Below are positions 12,755 through 24,658 of a stretch of DNA of 64,000 bases, one piece after another; within the stretch, counting starts at the first letter, position 1; every line of letters starts with the position of its first letter. This DNA is from Bugula neritina (taxonomy: Eukaryota > Animalia > Bryozoa). The notes beneath the pieces were generated by a model. The model worked only from the letters and a program-made list of their open reading frames with translations. It searched no databases and was not told the DNA's origin. Made by a program: the position numbers and the translations under genes. The stretch spans positions 10,818,633-10,882,632 of the forward strand of contig OZ037769.1 in NCBI GenBank assembly GCA_964035545.1. Direction: 5' to 3'.

Positions 12755-15266
12755 TATAATATATAATTTCCTATGTTGTAGAAAGCAGCGTTTGATGCCA
12801 TTGCAGAGGTTGACAAGTTGTACACTGCAACAGTATGTGGAAGTTTTCGTAGAGGGGCAGCTACTAGCGGGGATATTGACATTCTGCTCACCCACCCCAA
12901 CTTTACCTCAGAAAGCAAGAAAAAGGTATGTAGTGTTTTATAGGCATTATTGTATGTTACTTGAGAGCAATGTTTAGAGTTTATATTATTGGTGTGAATT
13001 TTTTTGGTAGTTCCTCCTTAATTGTAACTAAATAATGTAAAATTTCTAAATCATTTATGATTATCATATAACATATATGATCAAACACCGCTATGTCATG
13101 GTAAGCACACAATCACTCTCTTACTGTGTGTCTCACTATGTGGTGGCGGGTACAAAGCATAATTTTGATTATTTGGGATTCGAATGTGAATTGAGTATTA
13201 TCTCAGCTGAAAAGTAACTTTTTGTAAAAAAATCAACATTTTGTTAACATGTTAATTCTACACTTGTGATTCAGTGATTATCTAACTGATCAGCTGATTG
13301 AACTACAATGTAATTACTCATTAATTATTCTTAAAACTTCATGTTGAAAGACATCAATGGCTTCAGAGAAGTCTTGGATTGTTTTTTTTTTTCTTGAAAG
13401 AGCAGAAATGTTGTTATTTACTCTTTTGATATAAGCACTTTCAGTTCTCTATATTAGAAATCTCGCGATGCCTTGACAATAGCGAAAGTAGTCCCACCCT
13501 AGTTATTCTCTGTTGCTTATGTTTATTATTAGACTGATATCCTGCACAAGGTTATAAAGAAGTTAGAGGAGACGGGATACATTACAGACTCTCTGTCTCA
13601 CGGAGACTCCAAGTTTATGGTAAGCACTTTATTCAGCTACCTTTATTGATTGCTTTGTTACTCTCTTAGTACTAGTGTTAGATATGTAGTGGCGGAGAAT
13701 TGTATTAGTGTGTTTATTTGAGCATCAATGCTGTGCACTTCTTTGTAGGGCGTGTGCAAGCTAAAGGGTGAAGGTCAACGTTACAGGAGACTTGATATTA
13801 GGTAAATAGCATCTACATAATGTCTTTTTCTATTTATATTAGTTCAATCTATACTATATAATCCATATATGTACTCTATCTATACGATCTACTCTATCTA
13901 TATTATGTACTCTGTCTATACTATATACTCTGTCTATACTATATACTCCATCTATACTATATACTCTATCTATACTCTATACTCTATACTCTATCTATAC
14001 TATATACTCTATCTATACTATATACTCTGTCTATACTATATACTCTGTCTATACAGTATACTATATACTCTGTCTATACAGTATACTATACACCCTGTCT
14101 ACATGTATATCTATGTTATATACCAGTTACATACACTTATATGTATTCTTATACACGTCTCCAGGCTGATTCCCCACGACCAGTTCTATTGCGCTCTGCT
14201 GTACTTCACTGGAAGTGATGCATTCAATAGGCAAATGAGAGGTCATGCCTTAGACAAGGGATTCACTCTCAATGAATACAGACTTTGTCCAATGGGATCA
14301 CAAGGTTAGTAGTGTGTAGCACAGGTAGGTAGTGGTGCTGAGTAGTTACTGAGACTACCAGAGTTGGTGGAGCTGATCTCAAGTTTTCTGACCAGTCTCT
14401 GTGTGTATGCTAAGTGCTCATATACAGTACATACAGTGCTAAGGCCTAATGATGTTGCAGCAGCACTTTTATCAACTAATTCACTGCGCATTATGGGAAC
14501 GGATGTCCATACATACAGATTAATTTGGTGTTGCGGCTTCCTTCAATATAACTATTTTCATGAGGCAATTGAAAAGTCCATTCAAATAATACGGATGATG
14601 GAAACACAGTGATATAAAGCTATAAGCTATAGTGTTTGCCCCAAACTGGCTGTAATTTTGGCTGCAGATTGAACTTTTACCCTGGTTTAATCTCCCACAA
14701 GGGCTGCTCTCACATCTAGATCAACTCAAGAGTTGAAGTTGTTTATTTAAAGTACATTTAAAGTACTAGCAGGTTAGCCATCTTTAGTTGTATTAAAACT
14801 AAGAAGCAGTCTCAACATTTTTTAATATTCTACTGAAAATGTGGTTTTGATATTTTTTGGTAAGTGAATATGAGACTTTGCTGTTTGTGTTGAATAGAAA
14901 GATGGTTCTACTACAACTCCTGGTCATTCAGCTATTTGTTGGGACCAAAGATGTTACTATAGCTATAGCTACTATCGCTATACTATGTTACTATAGCAAT
15001 TAGCATTTTAGTAAAGATTGTTGATAGCTATGGAGTTATTAGCATTTTATAGTTAATATTAGCACAAGACCAGTCATGGTGCTACTTCATGGGCACCACA
15101 ATGTGCCAGGGACACCTGTATGTCAGCTGTCAGTTTTCTGGTCATATTTTGCTCTGTTTCTCTCAATTCAGGTGACCCTGGTGAAGCTTTACCTGTGTCC
15201 TGTGAAGAAGACATATTTGACTACATTGACTTCCCTTATAAAAAGCCACAGGACCGAAACCTCTAG
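10524..15266 (+). CDS. POLB: DNA polymerase beta, about 336 aa; exons 10524-10599, 10949-11073, 11590-11664, 11771-11879, 12361-12467, 12782-12925, 13533-13619, 13749-13801, 14165-14304, 15172-15266
   Basis: MSKRKAP start, [22 protein letters not shown] (HhH/lyase), [16 protein letters not shown] (catalytic DxD), [26 protein letters not shown] and EEDIFDYI. Spliced length is 1011 nt, in frame. Confidence 0.97.
12714..12765. repeat. (TA)n microsatellite in POLB intron 5
   Basis: Seen directly. Confidence 0.95.
13848..14098. repeat. Degenerate 18-bp-type tandem repeat (tatactctrtctatacta) in POLB intron 8
   Basis: Seen directly; it produces the spurious YSIYTI-repeat start of ORF 13869. Confidence 0.85.
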
Positions 15267-16148
15267 ATGTCTATGAAGAGTTATTCTTTGCCAACACACT
15301 GTTATATTATTTAAGTTGCATGCAATGTCAAGGGTTCAGTCATATATGCTTCTATTCTAGTCTACTTGTAGGTCTCAGATATACTCACAGTATCTTCTCT
15401 GGTGCATACTTTTTTCAAATAAGTCCAGTGTTCTAGCACATTACATATGCAATTTTTTCAGTTTTTTGGTATTTTAAAGTCCCTCATGTCAGGAGTAAAT
15501 TTGAAGATATGCTGGTGGCGGATTTGATTAACATTTAGTGTTTACAATCTTTGTATGTTTTGTATATTATTCTTGTACATATTTCTATTTCTGTGTCTCT
15601 ATTTCATCTGTTAATGCTGTTACTGATGTGATTTTATAATTTCATCACTTTATTTAGGCATGGAGTTTACAATATAATTATTACAATTTCTTCCAACAGT
15701 TTTGCTATTGGTGTTATAACGTGTGCCATAAGGGAATAACCTTTGGAAACTTGAATGATAAAATGAAATGCATATCAAACACAAAAATATGACGTGTATT
15801 AAATTTATTTTAAAAATAAAAGCTGTAAAAATGAGGTCATAATAACCATCTAATCTGCCAAAATTTCTTAGCAAATAGAAACGAACAAAAAATTCATCGA
15901 AATATAACTTCTCAGCAGTACAATAAAACTAATGCAAAAGTTCAATTGCATTCCAGCCGAACTGCATATTGAGTCCTCTCGTTGTTGAGAGAGAAATATT
16001 AAAACAAAAAACTGAGAAAGAACACTAAGATTTGAGTAGTTAACCTATGTACAAGTCCGTAGATTGTGGCATATGTTTAGGATTAAGTAATCTAGAAACA
16101 GCAGTGGGAGAATTTAGGTAGTACTTTATTTTGCTTCGCCTGCCATTT

Positions 16149-19100
16149 TTACATATCCATCTCAAACATATCGTCTCCACATTTTTCTTGAGATTCTAAA
16201 AATAAAATGTAATTTAATTAACAGAGCGTTATGCTATTCCTTTAGTTTTGTGTTACTGTATAAAAGCAATATTTAAGCCTGCATTATACATGAGCAAAGT
16301 CAAAAGAGTAAGTTGAAAAAATTGGAACAATTGTCTAATAAATAATAATATTTATCAATTATAGCTAAGGTAATACAACGATAATAGCAACTTGTTTTCG
16401 AATTGCTAAAGTATCGGCAATGTATCTCCAAACAGATTAAGGTTAGGAAAATTAGGTAACATGATAAGGTCATTTATAATAATAGTTTGGGTTTTATACA
16501 AATTGAAAGATAATAAATATACAATTGTGAATGACTACTATATAATAATTACTTATAGCAATGACAATCTGATAAAGAATGAGCTTCTCTAAGATTTACT
16601 GTCAAGATGAGAAATCTCAAGTAAGATGTAGCTAAAAATGACAAAAATTCACCATCTGGTAGAATAGTTATGTGCAAAAACCTCAGCATTGAACGCCAGG
16701 ATGCTGTTACACATTAATGTATAGCACTGCTAACAAGCTAATGGGATAAGCAGAATTCTATCAGCTATGACCTTCTGATTACTTATCACATCATTTGAAA
16801 AGGATGATAATTAAAACTGTGATAGCAGTTTGTAACACTTGTACAGCAAATGCACCTCCAAATACTGCTATCTAGGTCAACGAATGGTTAAGAGATGATA
16901 ACATAACTGCATAAAAACTAGTACTAGCGAGGGTATGTTTACTGTGCAAGGCTTTGTAAACTTGGCAGCGTGACAACTACCATTCAACCTGTTTATCCTG
17001 AGCAGTTCAACTAGCGGGCATGCAGCCAAACTCAGTTATTTATTAACTCATTGTATTGTGAGGAATAATAGAACATTATTATAACCTACAGTCTATGAGG
17101 CCAAGAGGAATTTAATGGCTATCCATTAGAACCTGCTATCACAATCACGATTTTATCTGGCTTTTACTACAAAACAGACTGGTTGATGCCCTTAGATAGT
17201 GGTGGAGTAGCATGAGTTTTAAGTACAAAATTCAGGGTAACATGAACAGGCTAGCAGATGTGTGATAACGTCGTACTAACTAGCAGCAATAACTAGGATT
17301 AGTCATCAGGGGCCTGACACATAAACTTGTGAATTAGTTAGTAAGAATACACAGTGTGCTTGTAAACACTTAGTACCTGCATTATTCCTTTATTAGTTTA
17401 TTACATAATGGCAGCTGGCGTTGAGATTAATTAGTTGCAGTAACTAATGTATTTTGAGAAAGTTGGAATAGTTGTGAAGGTGTAGTGTATAGCTGCTATT
17501 AATTTGTGTCCTTCCAATTACTTTCTAATTGGTCTAGCACTACCTCCAACCTGATATTAACACATTTACATAATATGCTACATTCACAACTCAGCGCTAC
17601 ACTTGTTGACATTTAAGGAGGAGACGCATTGTGTTTATTTGCCGAGAATTCTATACTTAGCAGAATAATGCAGTTTTGCAGTTTTATTCAGTAATATAGG
17701 GTTATCTCCCCTGCATTTGTGTAACTATGCATCTATGAGATATTTCTTAGATTCAATCTTCAAACTAATCTCAAATACATAAAATATCAGATTTTATAGC
17801 CGGTAGTGGCAGATTAGGAATATATATTGTTCAGAAATCCTGTAGTTGAGCCTATACTGTTGATGAATTTACAATTTGAAAGATAGATTTAAAATAGAAA
17901 CTAAAGATCACTACTCTGGCAGAATACAACATGGCTGAATGTTGCTCCTGGAACAAAGCGGTCATGCACTGAACTTCTTGATACTGAAGATTAGAGCCAT
18001 CTGTCAAAACAAGTTGTGTAACATGCCTTCTGCACATCTTAGAGATGCTGGTATGGAAGTAGCAGGTTCAACATACTGGTTACAAGACTATGACTTACTT
18101 CTCATTTCAGCAGGTGCCACGTTCTCTTTCGTTGTAGGGGAGACTGAAAGAGGAGCATTACTCTCCTCCACCAGAGAGCTGAGTTTACTACTGGCCGTGC
18201 CTTCTTCCTCGGGCTCTGTGACCCCAGGGATAGTTGGCAGGTTGCAAGGAGGGCTGAGTGAGTGGGGAGAGTTGCGACACTGGAGCAAAAACTTTCTCTC
18301 ATACACAATTCTTGTGCCTTAAAAACATGGCGGATATATTTTGATATGTTTACATGATTGATATGTATGTTGTGCCTTAAAACATGGCATTGATTTATTG
18401 CAATGATTGAGAACTAGAGTTGTTATTACCAATTATTTGCATTACTATAACTTATAACTAAAATCACTTGACAATCACTATTTGTACTATTCTTTTGTTT
18501 AAATTTAGATTGTGGTTCACCATTGGCCAACTGCCAGACAACTGTTCATGCCGTATGGTATATTATGCTATGCAGCAACAGCTGGTGTTTTGCTGAAACT
18601 TGGCTACGGTATATTTGCGATTGTATAATTTTTAATTGTAATATTCAAATATTTAATTTAAAAACTCTGAAAAATGAACAAAAGACTCCTAAATTTTAGG
18701 TGATACTAGTGAGCGTAGATAGGTGAGTAATATAGATCTAGAATTTAGATTAGTAGCCTTAAAAAGATGAGTCATGGAATTCACTTTGAGTGTGGTTTAT
18801 GCAAGGAAAAACCCAGATAGCTCATTGCATCATCCTGCTTTGTTTAAATTAATGTCTCCCGACGCATCCCTTCTTCCACAAGAACCGAAATTAATAACAA
18901 TACTGCTTGCCATTCACTGATGCTATCATAAACTAATAATTGTGCAATTTATAGACTTTAAACTTGATTAATTAATTAAATTAACAATACAGCTGCATAA
19001 GCTTAAAATTCCAGTTGTCCGTATAACAGCCATAAACTTTTCATGATGTGTTAAGTTTAGTTTTAGCTTTGTGGTTCAAAAAGTAGATGGACAACGGGGT

Positions 19101-19723
19101 AAAAGAGATATCAATGTTTAAAACTGATAAATTGAAACATAGCTCAAAATTTTTTTTATCTTGGAAAAATATAAGTAATATCAATCTACACTAAATTAAT
19201 ACTTTAAATAGTGTAATCATCATCTCAACATTCTAACTGTGAACGCTGAGCTGTAGATCCGACTAGTAGTATAATTAGTGACTAAATTACTTATTTTGAA
19301 AAAATATCTGCTTGTAATACAAATATTCATTACTAAACTATATCACTCGAACTAGTATTGTTTAAATTCAAACAAGAGTTGGGTTAATTTAACCAACAAC
19401 TTAACACTGCAAACTAGAAGTGGCCCATGATGTCATTGGATCATATCACTAATAGTTCAGTAATCACTTATGTCATCTCGAGTTTTAAACAGTGAATACT
19501 ATGCTGATTTTCTTATTAGGTGCATGAAGACTAATAAACAATGAATGTATTTATAATAATTTAATAGTTTACCTCCTGGTGTGGTAGAGAAAATTGAACC
19601 TCCAGGGGTAGTCCCATATTCCAAAGGCATTTGACTAGGATCATTAACTACAATCCTTCTAGTTCTAACGGGTATTTCCTGGCTAGCATGTTCCGATTGC
19701 TGATTTTGTAGGTCGCTAGACAT
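16149..19723 (-). CDS. EIF4EBP: eIF4E-binding protein (4E-BP), about 138 aa; exons 19723-19573, 18317-18099, 16195-16149
   Basis: [27 protein letters not shown] carries the two TP phosphosites and the YxxxxL-phi motif, followed by [17 protein letters not shown] small last exon encodes [15 protein letters not shown] (TOS motif). Spliced length is 417 nt. Confidence 0.96.
18824..18832. promoter_or_regulatory. Candidate C/EBP-ATF (AARE/CARE) element ATTGCATCA in the first coding intron of 4E-BP
   Basis: Exact match to the ATF4 composite consensus TGATGCAAT (reverse complement). Function is not shown, and the 9-mer also occurs near 2928 and 10494. Confidence 0.45.
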
Positions 19724-21183
19724 ACTTAATAAAGCTGTAAAGTTTAACAATCACATTGATAATCACATTGAGTTTGACTAATATTTAGGCTGATGCATGA
19801 GATATTAGCTGATTATGAAAATCAAATTTATTTTAATTTATTAAAATCCAATTTTTAAATTTATAATTTGCATGCTATAACTTAAGGTATAACTATAAAA
19901 ATAAATATGACTAATTAATAATTACAAATTAGTAATACTCATAGTGCATTAGATTTAAAGTTCGTAGAATTATAAGTAGTACTAAAACTAATACCAATAA
20001 TATTACTGTTACAGTTACTTATTGAGTTATTGGTATTAGAATTACTTTTAGTAAAACTAGCCTAATAGTAATACTTGACACGGTCAATGTAGTCTGTGTA
20101 GATTGATGTTAAGACCTAAGTAAAGTGTACTTCTTAATTAATACAAGACCAGAGGCAGATACACTCATACCTTATAGTTATAGCAAAAGTATTGGTATAA
20201 AAATAAAAATTTAAGTGACTTGCTTACACTAAAGACCTGGGTCACTTTACTAGGCTAGATTTGCTGTGGCACTCAAGTATAATTACAACATTCGTATATC
20301 TATAAGATTATGTGTAACCTTATCAAAATAAACATTACTTATACTTATAGTATTAGTAATACTAATACTAACAGTTTGCATAGACTTAGAGTTATACTAC
20401 GTTTAATCCAGATCATTAAATTTAATGCTATCATTCTATCAAAATCAATATCAAAGAAAGTTAACAAGAATAAGACATATCCACATTGATATTGATATAC
20501 TAACACTTATAGAGTTATACTATAACTATTAGTATTACTATTACCATTAGTATTACACTTAACTATAAGTATAAGTATACTACTATTACTACTACTACTA
20601 GTATAAGTATTACTATTACTATTCATATTGATATTGGTATTAGTATTACTATTACCAATAATATTAATCATTTAATGCTCATACTGATATGATGTTCATA
20701 GCCATACTGATAGTGATACTCACTCATACTCATAGTCATAGTGATACTGATAGTCATACTGATACTGTCAGTCTACAAGTATAACAATTAGAATTACTAT
20801 TACTATTAGTATTAGTATTACTATAACTATATTTAGTTCTACAGTATCGGGTATTGAATATCCAACAATGAACATAAGATCAATATGAATATTATTATGA
20901 ATATCAATATGAATATTACAAATAAAATTAAAGCGAAAATCAAAATGAAACTCAAATTGAAATTGATTATATTTATAAAACTTATAATTATTACATTTAC
21001 TATTGCTCAAATACTATTAGTATTACTATTACTAATACTATCAGTATTAGTAATTCAAATGGTTTGTATTGTAATTTTTATGCATTTAACTTTGCAAAAG
21101 AAGAAATCGGAGTACGTTATAATCATAAAATTATAATCAAAATAGCAAACGGATAATTTTGAAACCGTTACTAAAAGTAAAAG

Positions 21184-21198
21184 CACGTGATTGTTTAT
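21184..21198. promoter_or_regulatory. Candidate E-box CACGTG next to a forkhead-like TTGTTTAT, upstream of 4E-BP
   Basis: aagCACGTGaTTGTTTATg at 21181-21199. An acceptor ttacag at 19735-19740 (-) implies a 5'UTR intron, so the 4E-BP start site may lie near here. Confidence 0.35.
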
Positions 21199-21462
21199 GT
21201 ATGTCAGGTTATTGCTGAATGGGCAATTATGTTATTGGTGTTGTTTTTAGACTAGCGCTCTCCAACCAACGGTTGATTTAATCTCAATGATAACAATTTT
21301 TCGATCAAAAAAAATTTTTGTTGCTAGGTTAATAAAAAATAATATTACAATAATATCTTTAAAGAGGGGTTTTTTAATTTGCACTAATAAAAATATTTGG
21401 TCATAAGAAAAATGATATATATACATATCAGTTTATCTATTGGAATTGCGGGTCCAAGCGTT

Positions 21463-21534
21463 GCCTCTATAGCTCAGTGGCAGAGCGCTGGTCTTGTAAA
21501 CCAGCGGTCCTGGGTTCAATCCCCAGTGGGGGCT
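21463..21534 (+). tRNA. tRNA-Thr, anticodon TGT, 72 nt, intronless
   Basis: Cloverleaf: acceptor GCCTCTA/TGGGGGC, D-stem GCTC/GAGC, anticodon stem CTGGT/ACCAG with loop CT-TGT-AA, T-stem CTGGG/CCCAG with loop TTCAATC. A Pol III T-run follows at 21537-21541. Confidence 0.96.
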
Positions 21535-22481
21535 CCTTTTTGTTGTTGGCTTTCACATTTTAATTTGTCGTAATATTATTATGTATATAATTGCTCTTTC
21601 GCAGCGCAGGTGTGAATAAGTCATCTTTTACTAATGTAAAAACAATTTTTCCTGTGGCTCAATAAAATTGCCCTGAAAAATAAAACTACCAAAGCAGCCC
21701 AAAGGCATGTTTGCCTATATGCTTAGGAAGCCAAGGGGTTTGTGAAGGATAGCAGAGCATCTTAAAATATGCTGATATTTGAGAAAGAATAAAAGTTATT
21801 TGTTGCCACATTCAACACTTAAATCCATTTTAAAATCATTTGTAAATTACCCTAGCTTTATGGTAAGGAGAAGATGCCTTGTAATTACTAAAAACCATAT
21901 AGGTATAGAATGGGGGGATAACCCTTTAAATATACCTTACACATAGATATTTGAATTCATTAGGTTAACTTACTTCATGTGTGTAATTTTTACAATTTTC
22001 AATCCAAAAATAATTTACATTGCTTTTATTCTAGAATTTGTCTTAAATTAAGTGAGCTGAGCCATGATTTAGTGTATAATATAGTGGCCACACATTAGAA
22101 TGATCAATAGTTACAATTTTACAATAATTCCTACCAGCAACGTAAGAGCGCAGCGTGTGAACTTTTAATAACTACACAAAGATTTGCTCAACAACTAAAT
22201 ATTATGTGTGTATGAGTTAGAAGACTATAAAAGGTGTCTAAAATTAAACCTCCATTCCGTATAAATGTTGCATCCAAAATCATAAAATCACACGCTAAAC
22301 TTTAAAAGACCCTAATTTGGTATAAAAAAGAAAGTAATTTTATTATTGCACATTCTATGGGGTATTTTATTGTTTTTTCAAAAGTAATGTTGAATAGAAA
22401 GCAACTATAACAAGTTTTGTTATGTATACATCATTTACTATTAAATGGACACCGCCTTTTATTTATGTATATCTCTGTAGG

Positions 22482-22640
22482 TATGTATGTGTGTCTATGT
22501 GTTTATGTGTGTGTGCGTGTGTGTGTGTGTGTGTATGTATGTGTGTATGTGTGTATGCACGTGTGTATGCATGTATGTATGCGTGTGCATGTGTGTGTTC
22601 ACATGTGTATATGAGTGTGTTTGTATGTGTGCGAGTGTGT
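22482..22640. repeat. Imperfect (TG)n/(TATG)n microsatellite
   Basis: Seen directly. Confidence 0.9.
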
Positions 22641-23395
22641 AGCTTTTAACTGAGGGATATCACCTGCAGAGCTAGCGTCCAATAACAGACTATATACACG
22701 TATAGTAAAGCAATATATTATATCAATAAACTAGAACGCAGGTTTTATCTGTAACACATTCCACTACTACTTCCACCACTACTCGTTTTGTAAGTATAAC
22801 TTTATAGGGCAAAAACTTGTCAGTAGACTATTTTACCTGATTAGTCAGTTACAAAGTAGGTCGTTCATTAATCTTAGTTCTAGCTTTCAAGTACTGCTAT
22901 GTATTAAAGATTAGATGTTGCTAATTTATATCAGAGATTACATTACCTTATATTTATACTACTTAAGGGGGCCATGATCAGGCAGTATAGTAACACATTT
23001 AGAATGCATTATATTGTGCAGGTCATTTAGCTTCATAGTTATCAAGTATATATAGTTTTTTCAGTACATTAATAACACTGACTTGCATTACAAATGTATA
23101 ATCTTGCACTGCACACACTGCTATGCATGTATTATCTAATATTTCAAAATCAAGACTACACATTCGATTTATTATAGCAAAGGAGCAGTCAGAAACTAAC
23201 AGTCAAGTGGTGATCTATGTAGAAACAAACCATTCATCAAAATATAATAAGTTAAATATTTTGCAAATATTATTTGTTATTCAACACTGACCAATTCTTA
23301 TATAACAATATTTTGCACACATCCCATTCTTGGAAGAGCTTAAATTATAAGTAAGCCAAAGCATTTTATAAGTTTACACGTATATAAGTTTACAA

Positions 23396-23571
<176 letters not shown>

Positions 23572-23741
23572 CATGATGTCAACAATGACTAAATTTAAAT
23601 AATTATACGTTGTGTCTTGCAATTAGTTCAACAATCAAAATAACTAAAAGTTCACTCTGTATCTGTCTCTTGTTGAAGCAAGTTGGTTATTCTACTATCT
23701 CTAACAGTTATAAAATATCCTCCTGGACTATCATCCACAAT

Positions 23742-24658
23742 ATGTATTCACTTCCAGATAAAACATCTCTAACTACTGGTGGGAATAAGACTGTCTCTCC
23801 AACTTACACTCTTACCGAGTAAGTTTATTTGTAATTTCTTGGAAGACTTGAAGTAGAAAGTTCACAATTTAATATTATGCTGTCTTCTATGATTATATTA
23901 TAATTATTAGATTAACATTCATAGTATTTATTCATAGAAGATAAATTACGTAGAAATTCATCGTAGATCACTGAAGCTGTTTACTTCAATACAAATCAAT
24001 TTGTAAACATTTAAAAACTTACTACTTGGTACATAACGCTATACATAATGGATGGCGCAATGCATTGCTCATCACAGTAGAAACCATACAGCAGAGAATA
24101 CAATTCCAAATTATACTTGTTGTGTATATATATTTCTATTTCTCTTGATGATTATAGCATAGCTTTGTGATGCAGTTTATGTGAATAATAATCATGAATT
24201 GTGCATTTTTCAAGACATAACAAGATTTTATTGTACGTACATGCAAGCCAGTGTAACAATCTATAAAACTTATTTTTAGAAATCCAGATGAAGTTATAGA
24301 GATGAAAGTCTTTATTAAAAGAGTAAAGAGTGCTATTGGTAGAGATGGGTTAGATGATGGAGTATGTGTGTTTGAGAAAGTGATAGACCATCAGATAACA
24401 TTGGAAGATATTGAAGAGGAAAATGATGATGAAGTTGTCTCCCCAATTAGTAACAAGAAGCCAACTTTCAAATCTACATTATACAATGTACTTCGCAGCA
24501 TCAGAAGGAAATTTAGGAATAGTAGTGACAGTGACACTAAAGCTATATCTTATAGACAAAACAAAATCTGTTGCTATAAAGTTAAATTGAATAGAAAATG
24601 GCTAAAGGCTGTAAAATCTTGTTTTACAGTAAAAGGTGGTCAGTATTCAGTATATTGA
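23742..24658 (+). CDS. Hypothetical (orphan) protein, 151 aa if spliced 23742-23818 + 24280-24658, or 118 aa from ATG 24302
   Basis: A strong donor GA|gtaagt at 23819 and acceptor tttttag at 24279 join in frame. TATAAAA at 23709; AATAAA near 24910. No family recognised. Confidence 0.55.

Noticed and set aside
17939-18322. 127-aa plus-strand ORF (similarly 29359-29607, 31531-31815, 47651-47866, 48487-48687)
   Set aside because: Antisense shadows of real exons, with no independent gene signals.
20768-21136. Hydrophobic membrane-protein-like ORFs
   Set aside because: A by-product of period-3 low-complexity DNA; reported as a DNA pattern rather than as genes.
22417-22649. Cys/Val-rich ORFs
   Set aside because: Translations of a (TG)n-type repeat.
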